A program made the translations under genes and the position numbers. From the NCBI RefSeq assembly GCF_902713615.1, contig NC_052151.1:104057304-104121303 (forward strand): 64,000 nucleotides of DNA, written 5' to 3'. Below the pieces are notes generated by a model, which saw only the letters and a program-made list of their open reading frames with translations, was not told the DNA's origin and ran no database searches. Below, piece by piece: positions 13,105 through 25,179 of the stretch. This DNA comes from Scyliorhinus canicula (taxonomy: Eukaryota). Each line of letters begins with the position of its first letter. The first letter of the stretch is position 1.

Positions 13105-13225
13105 CATAGAATTTACAGTGCAGAAGGTGGCCTATCGAGCCTGCACCGGCCCTTGGAAAGAGCACCCTACTTAAACCCACATCTCCACCATATCCCCTTA
13201 ACCCAGTAACCCCACCTAACCTTTG
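13105..13225 (-). mobile_element. HE1/HER1-type 3' tail fragment
   Basis: catagaatttacagtgcagaagg...gaaagagcaccctac...cccacctaacc. Confidence 0.75.
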
Positions 13226-13659
13226 CCTAATTTATAAATATTTGCTGCAACTAAATTGTTCTGCCTTTAAAAGATCTATAAATATGAGCAACCAACTGTT
13301 GGGAGACTGGACAATTCCCAAACCGGCCTAAACCCCTACCACAAAATAAAACAAGAAGAATTGGAGGAGCACAGATATAGAAGGTTGTACGGTTGTAACG
13401 AAAGTTACAGAGGTGGGTTGGGGCAAAGCTATCACTGGATTTGGATGTTTTAAAATTGCGCCATTTCTTAAATGGGAGGCAACTTACTTCAAAGAGCACA
13501 AGGGTCGGACAGAAGCATCAGAACTGCAGAAGCAACCTCAGTCAGGAATACATCAAGAGGCAACTAAGACATGGATGGGGTTTTAACAGATCAGCTGAGG
13601 CACTGAGAACACAAGTATGAATCTAAAAAATAGGAGTGAGCCATTTGATCCCTTGAGTC

Positions 13660-13970
13660 TGTTACCTTGCAGCGCGAGGGACCTGGATTCAATTCGGCTT
13701 TGGTTGACTGTGTGTGGAGTTTGTATTTTCTCCCTGTGTCTGTGTGGGTTTTCTCATGTGCTCTGGTTTCCTCCCACAGGTCGAAAGTGTGCAGGTTAGG
13801 TGCATTGGCCATGCTAAATTTGCCCTTAGTGTCCAAAGATGTGCAAGTTAAGTGGGGTTCCGGGGATAGGGTGGAGTAGTGGACATGCTCTTTCAGAGAG
13901 TCGATGCAGACTTGATGGGCCGAATGGCCTCCTTCTGCCCTGTAGGTATTCCATGGTTCAAATTCTATGG
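13660..13970 (+). mobile_element. HE1/V-SINE (CR1-type tail)
   Basis: gtgtggagtttgta...ggtttcctcccaca...ggccatgctaaatttgccc...gatgggccgaatggcctccttctg. Confidence 0.85.
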
Positions 13971-14049
13971 TATGCTATTTGGTCAGATCATTGGTGGTAT
14001 GATTGTGGTGTCACCTTCACATCTTCTGGCATAACCCTGGACTCCCAAG

Positions 14050-14460
14050 TCAGTCAAAACTCAATATAGCCCAGCTCCAACTATTTGCTGGGATGACAAA
14101 TTCCAAAGATTAAAGATCGCCAAGAGAAGAATTTCTATCTCATTCTGATCTTAAATGGAGTACCTCTTATTCTGAAACAATGTCCCCAAGTTCGGGATTT
14201 CCCCACGAGAGGGAGCATCCAGCATCCACCATGTGAAACCCCCTCAGACTATTATACACGAGAGATAATTTTATTGAAGCATTCTTCTAAACTACAAGAG
14301 GTATAGGCACTACCTGCTCAACCTTTCCTTCATCCCAGGAATCAACTTAATGAACCATCTTTGAACTGCCTCCAATGCAACTATACCCCTGTTTAGACAT
14401 TCAACTCTCTAGGTGCAGTCTCATCAGTGCCCTGGACTATTGTATCAAGACTTTCTTGTC
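14050..14460 (-). mobile_element. Old CR1 3' fragment; a more 5' piece of similar type lies at about 19045-19410
   Basis: Resembles the reverse complement of the CR1 C-terminus (compare 35950-36450), e.g. atgaaccatctttgaactgcctccaatgc. Confidence 0.6.
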
Positions 14461-14699
14461 TTTTTTTGTGAGGAGGCCAGAAAAAAATTCAGCATCCCAT
14501 ATCCTTCCACTGAAACATTGAGGAGAAGCAGTTTTGACATGGATACATCTTCTCATTTCTTTGTCCTAAATGAAGAGGGCATGCAAGGAGCTCCTAAACG
14601 CCATTATCATGACCATCTTCAACCAGTAGTTTTTCTTTTTTCTTTGTCTTTTCATTGGTATAGTTATTTTTTCCTTTGTTTTTTTTTTGGAATTGTAGT

Positions 14700-17600
14700 T
14701 GTATGAGTTAACCGAAGGTTTAAGACATGGCAAGAGAACCCAGACCCGAGTCATGCTCCTCGTGTGCGATGTGGGAGCTCAGTGACACGTCCACTGTCCC
14801 TGGCTCCTTCACGTGCAAGAAGTGTGTCCAGTTGAAGCTCCTGTTAGACCGCTTGATGGCTCTGGAGCTGCGGATGGACTTACTTTGGAGCATCCGCGAT
14901 GTTGAGGATGTCGTGGATAGCACGTTTAGCGAGCTGGTCACACTACAGGTGAAAGTTACTGAAGGAGATAGAAAATGGGTGGCCAAAAGACAGAGCAAGA
15001 GTAGAGGCAGTGCAGGTGTCCCCTGCGGTCATCTCCCTGCAAAACAGATATACCGCTTTGGACACTGTTGAGGGACATGACTTACCCGGGGAAGGCAGCA
15101 GCAGCCAGGTTGAACAGCCAGCTGTCGTGGTGCACATAGACACCAACGATATAGGTAAAAAACAGGACGAGGTCCTACAAGCTGAATCCAGGGAGTTAGG
15201 AGTTAAACTAAAAAGTAGGACCTCAAAGGTAGTAATCTCAGGATTGCTACCTGTGCCACGAGCTAGTCATATTAGGAATGTCAGGATAGAGAGGATGAAT
15301 CGTGGCTCAAGAGATGGTGTAAGAGGGAGGGATTCAAATTCCTGGGGCATTGGAACCGGTTCCGGGGGAGGTGGGACCAGTACAAACTGGACGGTCTGCA
15401 CCTGGGCAGGACTGGAACGGATATCCTGGGGGGGGGGGGGGGGGAATGGTGTTTGCTAGAGCTGTTGGGGAGGATTTAAACTAATGTGGCAGGGGGATGG
15501 GAACCAATGCAGGAATGTCAAAAAGTAGTAACACAGGGTCAGACACAAAAGGCAGTAAGGGGGAAAGTGTAAGGCAGAGAAGCCATAGTCAAAAATCAAA
15601 AAGGGCGACAGTATAAGGTGCAGTGATTGAGGGGAGCTCAGTGAATAGGCCCACTAATATCAAAAGGGATAAAACGGGAAGTAAAAACTTGTTACATGAA
15701 GATATGGGGTCAATGATAAGGAAAATTAGGAGAAAAGTTAAGAGGAAATATAACTTAGCAGAGGTTACTGATTGCGGTGGTAAGATTCAAAACAGAGGTA
15801 TAAAAGCCAACTTAAATGTACTTTACCTGAATGCTTGTAGTATTTGGAATAAGGTAAATGAGTTGATGGCGCAAATCATCTCGAATGACTATGATTTAGT
15901 GGCCATTACTGAAACATGGTTCAAGAATGGTCAAGACTGGGAGTTAAATATCCGAGGGTATCAAACTATTCAGAAGGACAGAGTGAATGGTAAGGGAGGT
16001 GGTGTAACTCTGTTATTTAAGGAGACATCCGGGCAATAGTAAGGGATGTCATAGGTGCTATGGTGGATAAGATTGAATCCATTTGGGTGGAAATCTGGAA
16101 TAGTAAGGCGAAAAAGTCACTGATAGGAGTAGTCTATCGGCCACCAAATAGTAACATTATGGTGGGGCAGACAATAAACAAAGAAATAACTGATGCATGT
16201 AGAAATGGTACAGCGGTTATCATGGGGGATTTTAATCTATATGTTGATTGGTTTAACCAGGTCGGTCAAGGCAGCCTCAAGGAGAAGTTTATAGAATGTA
16301 TCCACGATAATTTCCGAGAACAGTATGTAATGGAACCTACGAGGGAACAAGCGGTCCTAGATCTGGTCCTGTGTAATTAGACAGGATGATTTAATGATCT
16401 CATATTTAGGGATCCTCTCACAAGGAGCGATCACAATATGGTGGAATTTAAAATACAGATGGAGGGTGAGAAGGTAAAATCAAACAATAGTGTTTTGTGC
16501 TTAAACAAAGGAGGTTACAATGGGATGAGAGAAGAACTAGCTACGGTAGACTGGCAGCAAATACTTTTTGGTAAAACAGTTGAGGAACAGTGGAGAACTT
16601 TCCAAGCGATTTTTCACAGTGCTCAGCAAAGGTTTATACCAACAAAAGGAAGGACGATAGAAAGAGGGAAAATCGACCGTGGATATCGAAGGAAATAAGG
16701 GAGGATATCAAATTGAAGTAAAAATCATACAAAGTGGCAAAGGTTAGTGGGAGACTAGTGGACTGGGAAATCTTTAGGGGGCAACAGAAAGCTACTAAAA
16801 AAGCTATAAAGAAGAGAAAGGTAGATTATGAGAGTAAACTTGCTCAAAATATAAAAACAGATAGTAAAAGTTTCTACAAATATATAAAACAAAAAAGAGT
16901 GGCTAAGGTAAATATTGGTCCTTCAGAGGATGAGAAGGGAGATTTAATAACGGGAGATGAGGAAATCGCTGAGGAACTGAAGAGGTGTTTTGGGTCAGTC
17001 TTCACAGTGGAAGACACAAATAACATGCCAGTGACTGATAGAAATGAGGCTATGACAGGTGAGGACCTTGAGAGGATTGTTATCACTAAGGAGGTAGTGA
17101 TGGGCAAGCTAATGGGGCTAAAGGTAGACAAGACGCCTGGCCCTAATGGAATTCATCCCAGAGTGCTAAAAGAGATGGCTAGGGAAATTGCAAATGCACT
17201 AATGATAATTTACCAGAATTCACTAGACTCTGGGGTGGTCCCGGCGGATTGGAAATCAGCAAACGTGACACCACTGTTTAAAAAAGGAGGTAGGCAGAAA
17301 GCAAGTAATTACAGGCCAGTTGGCTTAACTTCGGTAGTAGGGAAGATGCTGGAATCTATCATCAAGGAAGAAATAGCGAGGCATCTGGATAGAAATTGTC
17401 CCATTGGGCAGACGCAGCATAGGTTCATAAAGGGCAGGTCGTGCCGAACTAATTTAGCGGAATTTTTTGAGGACGTTACCAGTGTGGTAGATGACTGGGA
17501 GCCAATGGATGTGGTATATCTGGATTTCCAGAAAGCCTTTGACAATGTGCCACACAAAAGGTTGCTGCATAAGATAAAGATGCATGGCATTAAGGGTAAA

Positions 17601-17880
17601 GTAGTAGCATGGATAGAGGATTGGTTAATTAACAGAAAGCAAAGAGTGGGGATTAATGGGTGTTTCTCTGGTTGGCAATCAGTAGCTAGTGGTGTCCCTC
17701 AGGGATCAGTGTTGGGCCCACAATTGTTCACAATTTACATAGATGATTTGGAGTTGGGGACCAAGGGCAATGTGTCCAAGTTTGCAGATGACACTAAGAT
17801 GAGTGGTAAAGTGAAAAGTGCAGTGGATACTGGAAGTCTGCAGAGGGATTTGGATAGGATAAGTGAATGGGCTAGGGTCT
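14700..17880 (+). mobile_element. CR1 LINE with ORF1 (CxxC..CxxC zinc finger/zipper plus internally deleted SGNH esterase) and ORF2 (APE+RT), 3'-truncated
   Basis: MAREPRPESCSSCAMWE...CKKCVQLKLL; VVVHIDTNDIG; LYLNACSI...VAITETW; VYRPPNS...MGDFN; YRPVGLTSVVGK...LDFQKAFD...[10 protein letters not shown]...KFADDTK. Confidence 0.95.
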
Positions 17881-19058
17881 GCCACCATCCTCTACCTGCT
17901 CCATGATAATGTGCAAACCATGATCCTGACTAATGGATTCATCACAGAGCAAATTTGCTTTCGGATTGGGCTCAAGCAAGGTTGTCGCACCTACGCTCTT
18001 CTCGACCATCTGTTTCATCTCACAGCAAGCTCTTTACTGGAGGGAGTGGAGATAAACTACAGGACAAACAGGACTCAGTTTAACCTTGCCACTTGTAGTA
18101 CATGTCCAAGTTTGTCCCATCCTCTCTCATTGAACTACAGTAGGCAGACGCTGCCTGCATTTGTGCAGACTCGGAGGGCAATGGGCTTTACACTAAATAG
18201 CTGTAAGACAAATGTCCCGTACCAAGCTGCTCCACCACACAGCACTGTCTCCCAGTTATCAAAATCCATGACTACGCTTTGGATAACATGGACCATTTTC
18301 CATATCTTAGAAGCTACTGTCAAACAAGGGCAGACAACAAGGTTTAACACCACCTTCAGTGTGCCAGCGCTCCCTGCGGTCACCTGAGGAAGAGAGTGTT
18401 TGAAGATCAGGGCCTCGTATCTGGCACCGAGCTCATGGTCTGCAAGGCAGTGATAATGATACCTGCCCTCCTAATTGGCTCCGTGACATGGACTCTGTAC
18501 AGCAGGCACCTCAAAACCATAGACGTAACACCAGCAGCACCTCCGCAAGATCCTACAAATCTCTTGGCCAATGTCAGTGTTCTTCTTTAGGCCAACATTC
18601 TGAGTATCAAAGCATTGACCACAAACAATCAGCTCCATTGGGTGGGCCACGTTGTCCACATACCTGATAGAAGGCTCCCAAAACAAACACTCTGCTCAGA
18701 CTTGGACATGACAAGTGAGCCCCAGGCCAGCATAAGAAACACTTCAAGGACATCCTCAAAGCATCCTTCAGGAAAATGAACCTACACTTCGGACTCCCTA
18801 GCCCAAAATGGAAGAAAAGCATCTGGGGAGGAGCTGAACAACTCGAGCTTCATCACCAAGAGCAAGCTGAAGTCAAGTGCCATCAGCGAAAGGAGTGCAT
18901 GGCAACCTGGGCACCCCACCCACCCGTTCCTCCAACCACCGTCTTGCCCACCTGCGACAGAGACTTGGTCACACATTGGACTTCTCAGTCACCCGAGAAC
19001 TAACTTTTAGTGTGGAAGCAACCCATCCTTGTTTCTGAGGGGTTGCCCAAGGAGGAGG
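17881..19058 (+). mobile_element. RTE-clade LINE 3' fragment, degenerate
   Basis: ILYLLHDNVQ...GLKQGC; GVEINYRT; GFTLNSCKTNV; QLHWVGHVVHIPD-RLPKQ-type C-terminus; 3' end gaggggttgcccaaggaggagg. Confidence 0.85.
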
Positions 19059-19469
19059 CTTTTGTCTCCCTCATTTCTTTAACAGTGGTGTTACATTTGA
19101 AATTTTTCATTCCACTGTGATCTTTCCAGAATCTAGGGAATTATGGAAGATTATTAACAATGCACCCACTACGTCTTCAGCTACTTAATTGAAGACACTA
19201 GGATGCAAACCCTCAGGTCGCGGGTACTTGTCCACCCTTAATGCCCCCAATGTTCCTCGTACATTTTCGCGAGTGATTGTGATGGGTTTTAAGTTCTCTC
19301 TAGTTTTCTACAATTCTTGGGACACATTTAATATCTTCTGCTGTGAAGACTGCGACAAAATAGTTGTTCTCTGCCATTTCCTTGTTTCCCATTAGTTTCC
19401 AAGTCTCATCCTCAAAAGCGACGAACAGTTACTTTCGCTAGGTGGAAATAATCTGTCAAAGTAATGGTT

Positions 19470-19828
19470 CAGATGTAGTCAGAAGCTCATTTCGGTGTTA
19501 ATTAGAGACTCTGCGGGATGCTTTGGCATATGGTGGAATTTGAATTCAATATAAATCTGGAATTAAAAGTCTAAGTGGACCATGAAACTATTGTTGATTA
19601 TTGTAATTTGCCCATCAGGTTCACTGATGTCCCTTCGGGAACGAAATCTACCATCCTTATGAGGTCTGGCCTACGTTAATCCAGACTCCACATCCACTGC
19701 AATGGTGTTGACTCTTCAATGCTCTCTGAAGTGGCCTCAGAAGCCACTCAGTGAAGAACAATTAGGGATGAGCAATAACTGTTGCCTAGCTAATGATGCC
19801 CACATTCCATTAATGATTTTTTTTTTGT
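19470..19828 (+). mobile_element. Older SINE with L2-type tail
   Basis: ggtggaatttgaattcaat...ggttcactgatgtccctt...caattagggatgagcaataactgttgcctagctaatgatgcccacattcc. Confidence 0.6.
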
Positions 19829-20136
19829 TCAGAGCCATGTTGCAAAAGGTTTCATCCCAAAAAAATTGCGACCGAGAGGAATGGAATTGGTGGCTTGGCA
19901 TAAGCATTGTGTTAGAGACTGAAAACATTGGCTTCAATCTTCATAATATTAAGTTAAATGAAATTTCTGTTCACCCGATGCTGGATGTCAAACAAGCAGC
20001 TAACAACTGTTGGAATATGCGTAAAAGTGATGGCATGCCACTACCCCTGAAAGACACCGATATAAAATCACCATTCATTCACAAGGGATTGTGTAAACAC
20101 AATGTGCATTCATTCATTAAGAAAAGGCACATGTCG

Positions 20137-20333
20137 GGCAGCACGGTGGCCTAGTGGTTAGCACAACCGCCTCACGGCGCTGAGGTCCCAGGTTCGATCC
20201 CGGCTCTGGGTCACTGTCCGTGTGGAGTTTGCACATTCTCCCCGTGTCTGCGTGGGTTTCGCCCCCACAACCCAAAAATGTGCAGAGTAGGTGGATTGGC
20301 CACGCTAAATTGCCCCTTAATTGGAAAAAATAA
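20137..20333 (+). mobile_element. HE1/V-SINE (A/T-tail subtype), runs into assembly gap
   Basis: gggcagcacggtggcctagtggttagc (A box)...ggttcgatcc (B box)...gtgtggagtttgcac...aattgccccttaattgg. Confidence 0.9.
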
Positions 20334-20475
20334 NNNNNNNNNNNNNNNNNNNNNNNNNNNNNNNNNNNNNNNNNNNNNNNNNNNNNNNNNNNNNNNNNNN
20401 NNNNNNNNNNNNNNNNNNNNNNNNNNNNNNNNNNNNNNNNNNNNNNNNNNNNNNNNNNNNNNNNNNNNNNNNNNN
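20334..20475. other. Assembly gap (142 N)
   Basis: Run of n. Confidence 1.
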
Positions 20476-22426
20476 CATCAGCAGCAGGGTATGTGTGTGT
20501 TCTGCTCCAGCTGAAGTGAAATGGAGGTAAGATCACATGGCACACTTCCCTTAAGGTGATGCCATGCTGCTATCCCTTAAAGACATAATGTAACACAGAC
20601 AATTTAAGGTTCAGTGTGCAAAACTGCAAATAGCACTCCAGAAAGGATCTGGATCAAGGTTCCATGGAACAAAAAACACTGGCCCACTTTTGTTTTCCAA
20701 CTCATTTCAGATTAAGGCAGACTTTTCAGAAACCTTTTCAATTATTTTTCTGTAGTTGTGCTCCATCTTGGAATGATATATCAATCTCGGCAAGCAAACC
20801 TTTCCATCTTTCATAGTCTATCAACTGCTGATGACAACACTTCCTCTTCTCCTGTCCACATCCAAGTGCAGGTGAGATTTAACAACATCTCATCGAGGTG
20901 TCAGCATCTGACAGTGCAGCCCTTTCTCAGAAATGCAATGAAATCACAGCCTACAATTTGTGCCCCATTCATGGAAGGATCTTAAATTTTCTGACCAGAA
21001 GCAGAAATGCTTGTATGGCTCAAATTTTATACCTAAATCTCACTCTCAGAAGTAGCAAGGATTGGATTTCCCTCTCCAAAGGCACTTCTGCAAAAGTGGG
21101 GAAAAAAGGGGAGGAAATTTGCATCATTCTACCAGATCTATTTACTGCTAGGAGTGATGATAAGTAGTGAATGTCCTTGCCCGAATTTGGGCAAATAGAA
21201 ATCACAGTGATCTGGTTACATTTTTCATCATGATACTATTGTATTATTACAATGCCAGCACTTAGCAGACATCCAGAATTTGTAGGCAGTTGGAAGTCTA
21301 AGAATGATAACCTATGCCCCTAAAAACTCTTGAGGGATAATAATCTGCCGGTTCTACAAGAGTAGAATTTGTGAATTCAAAAATTCTTAACGTTGCAGTT
21401 GAACCTGTCTTTTGCAGCATCTCCAGTCTTTCTACCCTTAACCTCACCCACAACAATACAGGTGGAAATACCATCAGGAGGTCAAAATGAAAATTAACTA
21501 GATTGATCCAGTCACCAACTTCATGCAAGCAACCATATTTTATGTCCAAACTCATGGCTCATACCATTTGTCAGAAAGTATTAGCCCTCATTTCCCCCAA
21601 CACATTCTTGCGGACACTGCCATAATGCATCTTTGTCATCCTATCTTATTTTTTCTTTTCTCAAAATATCCTTCAACATTTGGACAGGTTGCCCCGATAT
21701 TCAGTTACTATGTAAATTCTTCTGTTGGATGAATTAATTAAAAACAAATTATAATAGGTCACATCACAAGGTGCTAAATGTCACTTTAGAAACTGTACAA
21801 ATTCATTTAAAACATGTTCGAGATAACCTTCGCCACCACTGAGATTAATTATGCTATTAATTGTAAAATGTCCTGTAATTGAAAGCAAAATTCCATTTTA
21901 GTTTCTTTGCCTACTTTCTCCACAGAAAAGCAATTTCTTCACAAAAGAAAAGATGACAAGGTCATTCAAGCAATAGTTTTTCAATGATTTGCAATCCTTC
22001 AACTGAGTCGCTTTATCTTGGCAATAGCTCCATAAAAATGCTTGCATTTCAATCTCCTTTTGACAATATGTTGCAAAGATAATTGGTGTTCTTCAGACTT
22101 ACTTTAGCATTACAGCGATAACGATTGGCATTATCTAATCTCCCTTTGTTGCCTGCTTAAATATGTCCTTAAAAAGCTGTTCAACACACTCGTGTTCGAC
22201 AATTTCTGTTGAATTTATTTCTGTCACATCAGGTTAACACCTGGCAAATGCTGTCCATAAAAATAAATTCATGAAATTCTTACCAATAAGATGACTTATT
22301 CATGTTCATGCATCTGACATTATCTGCCAATAGACACCAAGATGAGGAGATGCAGGCGTTGGACTGGGGTGAGCACAGTAAGAAGTCTTACAACACCAGG
22401 TTAAAGTCCAACAGGTTTGTTTCAAA

Positions 22427-22461
22427 CACGAGCTTTCGGAGCACTGCTCCTTCCTCAGGTG
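22427..22461 (-). ncRNA. Minimal type I hammerhead ribozyme motif (mirror copy, sense to the host gene)
   Basis: Exact reverse complement of 22470-22504. Confidence 0.7.
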
Positions 22462-22469
22462 AGGAATTT

Positions 22470-22504
22470 CACCTGAGGAAGGAGCAGTGCTCCGAAAGCT
22501 CGTG
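22470..22504 (+). ncRNA. Minimal type I hammerhead ribozyme motif (Penelope-type)
   Basis: CAC-CTGAGGA-A-GGAGC(agt)GCTCC-GAAA-GCTC-GTG: core CUGAnGA/GAAA, 5-bp stem II, palindromic AGCT in place of stem III, CUC triplet, CAC/GTG stem I. Confidence 0.7.
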
Positions 22505-22675
22505 TTTGAAACAAACCTGTTGGACTTCAACCTGGTGTTGTAAGACTTCTTACAATAGACACCAAGATAGAATAGGCCACATTTTTCCAGTAATTTTTCT
22601 GCCACACAAAATTGAAGCCTAGTCACACAACTCAGTAGTGAAGCTCAAAATTGCACAGAATATTAATTTTCTCAC

Positions 22676-22798
22676 CTTGTGGCACATTGTGCTGCAAATG
22701 CAACATATCTTCACTCCTGACATGCCTCCAATCAAAATCATCTTCCTGATCTTGCCAATATTCACATGGTTCCAGGCCATCATCAAATGTACAGCCTC
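22676..22798 (-). CDS. PTPRK: Internal coding exon (probable exon 2) of a type IIB receptor protein tyrosine phosphatase, N-terminal part of the MAM domain, most like PTPRK
   Basis: Minus strand reads tttttgcttacAG|GA GGC TGT ACA TTT GAT GAT GGC...GTG CCA CAA G|GTGAG. 123 bp, phase 1-1, canonical acceptor and donor. Peptide (G)GCTFDDGLEPCEYWQDQEDDFDWRHVRSEDMLHLQHNVPQ(G) fits the MAM start C-x-F-D...C-x-Y-x-Q...DDF-x-W and aligns without gaps to recalled human PTPRK (GGCTFDDG...PQG). Absent from the ORF track because it is short. The paralogue (K vs U/M/T) is less certain than the family. Confidence 0.8.
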
Positions 22799-24487
22799 CT
22801 GTAAGCAAAAATAAATAATTAAATGGCTAAACGAATAATAAAACTCAGCAACTGGTCTGGTTCACCCTAGATTTCCCATTAGACGTTTTCAGCAAAGGAA
22901 ATGAGTTGAACCTGCTGTTTGAGTTCACATTGGTAATTTTTATCCAATCACCTTTCAACTGAACAATTCCATTCAGAAGACGATTGATTCTCTCATTCAC
23001 CAAGATTCTACAATTAACCGTAATGGTCCCTCTAAACATTCTCCACAAATGCTCGGTCTGGAAATCAATTCCAAGTGTTGAACACACTATATGAAAAAGT
23101 TATTTTCTGTTAGGAGTCTTTAATCTACCTTCTATCAGATAGAACCCATGTTCACTTGTCATTTTACAGAAACATTTTAAATTAACATTGCTATTCCCAT
23201 AATTACCGAATAGAAGATCATCTCCTCAGCATGACCTACGACTGACAAGTCCAATTTTCTCATAACCATTTGCTTCCAAGGTTCGGGGATTTTCTTGAAT
23301 GCCTTTTTTTCTTGTGTGGTGAATGTACTAATTGTTATACACTATATTTCCTATTTGTGGCAGTAATGTTATGAAAAACCCTGTTTAAAATACACACATG
23401 CAGTTGTCTACTAAAGTTGTAACTAAGGACTCGTAAAAAGTGAGGTAATCATTAATGGAACAGTGTTTTGATTGTAGGAGATGCCCTGGAGTGCAGATGA
23501 TTTATGAGTGCGTGGTGTTTAGTTCTAGCTATGCAGGTCATGAAACTTAGTGGGATATAGATAATGTTATTAATGGGAAGAGTCAGGTGTCTGGAGTTTT
23601 GTAGGATTTTAAGTGGAACAGCAGTTTTGCCAAATGATGTTAGGTTGAGTAGAAGTGTACTGGATCTGCTCTTGAAAGGAACTCTCTCCAACAGCCTCTG
23701 CATAGATAAGCAAGATGCGTTAGCTTTATTTAAAGTGTCATTTGAACCATGTTGGGTTGCTTAATTGGAATTAGTAGCAGGTGTAGATAGTAAGTGACCA
23801 AGTTTTTCCTTTCATTCAAGAATTGTTGAACTGATCATTGTAAAACTATGTCTTTGATGTTAATGTAGTTGATACCATGTTTGAATTAAAATGTCATATT
23901 TAATCATAGAATCTCCACAGTGTAAAAGGAGGCCATTCAGCCCATCGAGTCTGCACTGACCATTCGAAAGACCACCTTGCACAGCTGAATCTTTCATCAC
24001 AGTTTCACTGGTATAATATCACATTAAAATCTGTTGATTCTTTTTGAAAGTCCAGATCACAACAGATTTTCCACAGTGCCTCAGTTCAGGAGACTTGTCG
24101 GGCTAGATGTTCCCTACTTTGGTTGCTAAAGTTATTGCTGCTTTGCCTGCTTACTCGCCAATGCTTCAGCTGTTTACATATCCCCAAATCTAATTGTGCT
24201 TTTTATTGCCTCAGGTTGATACTACTTAAGCCATTTAATCATTCCATTTCTTCCTTAAGCACAGATACTCATGCACAGATTGTATATGCATGTTCATGAT
24301 ATGCATGTTCAATGTTACTTATCTGTAATTTATTCTCTTTTGTGAAGGATGTTCACCTAAAAAAAATAATTTGGTAATTCCCTCCACATAGGCTTTCTCA
24401 CCTGTTTCCAGAATATCCTGTTTTTTTTTACATTTTATATTCTGAACACCTACATATTATTTGTCTATCAAGTTTGATTACCAAAAA

Positions 24488-24715
24488 GGTCAGCACGGTG
24501 GCGCAGTCAGTTAGCCCTGCTGCCTCACGGTGCTGAGGTCCCAGGTTCAATCCCGGCTCTGGGTCACTGTCAGTGTGGAGTTTTCACATTCTCCCTGTTT
24601 TTGAGTGGGTTTCGCCCCAACAGCGCAAACATGTGCAGGCTAGGTGGATAGGCCACGCTAAATTGCCCCTTAATTGGAAAAACTGAATTGGGTACACTAA
24701 ATTATTAAAAAGAAA
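24488..24715 (+). mobile_element. HE1/V-SINE (A/T-tail subtype)
   Basis: cagcacggtggcgcag...ggttcaatcccggc...aattgccccttaattgg...gggtacactaaatt. Confidence 0.9.
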
Positions 24716-25179
24716 ATTTTATTATCGAACAAATTACCAATTTTAGCAAATGGTATAAATTTGTCTTTTGAGCATAAAGTAAAATCTGCAGACAATGCGA
24801 CACAGAATAAATTTCAACTGATATTAATTCATACTCTTGGTCTAAACTAAGGATATATCTTTCACAACATATAATTTAGAGGAATTTATTTTGTTTTAAT
24901 GTTATACTTGTTCCCACATGGCATGCTTGCAGAAGGTAACAGAGAAGTCTCAAAAGGGAAGTTCATACATTCACGACAAAGAAGGGAATGAGCGATATGG
25001 ATAAAGGGTGTGAAGAGTTAAATTAAAGTAACACAGATTATTCGAGAATGAGCACCAGTACAGAGCAGCTGGACCAAGTGGCACGTTTCTATGCTCTAGA
25101 ATCTATGTTCTAGGCTCTAGAATCTATGTTCTAGATTCAATGTAATTCAATTCCATTTGATGTAATTCTCTGTACTGCA

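Larger units (their letters stand above)
22344..22552. mobile_element. Palindromic Penelope-derived non-autonomous element with two intact hammerhead motifs
   Basis: 85-bp inverted arms (22378-22462 and 22469-22553, one mismatch), 6-nt spacer ggaatt; 16-bp direct repeat caatagacaccaagat at 22328-22343 and 22553-22568. Confidence 0.85.

Noticed and set aside
16734-17906. 390-aa RT ORF as an active retrotransposon
   Set aside because: Upstream ORF2 is broken by stops and frameshifts, ORF1 is internally deleted, and the 3' end is missing.
20137-20210. tRNA-like sequence with A and B boxes (also in other SINE heads)
   Set aside because: SINE heads that continue into the V-core; not tRNA genes.
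22302-22626. Near-identical ORFs on both strands (KKSYNTRLKSNRFVSNTSFRS)
   Set aside because: A consequence of the palindrome; no evidence of coding function.
1-22675. Next MAM exon (PTPRK exon 3-like) and, above 22799, the signal-peptide exon
   Set aside because: Not found by eye or in the ORF track; probably outside the window, though a short or divergent exon could have been missed.
23450-23890. GT-skewed segment with an 83-aa minus-strand ORF, vaguely like a Penelope N-terminus
   Set aside because: No diagnostic motif; cannot be supported.
25093-25134. 21-bp tandem duplication gctctagaatctatgttctag x2
   Set aside because: Ordinary duplication at a CR1-type tail.
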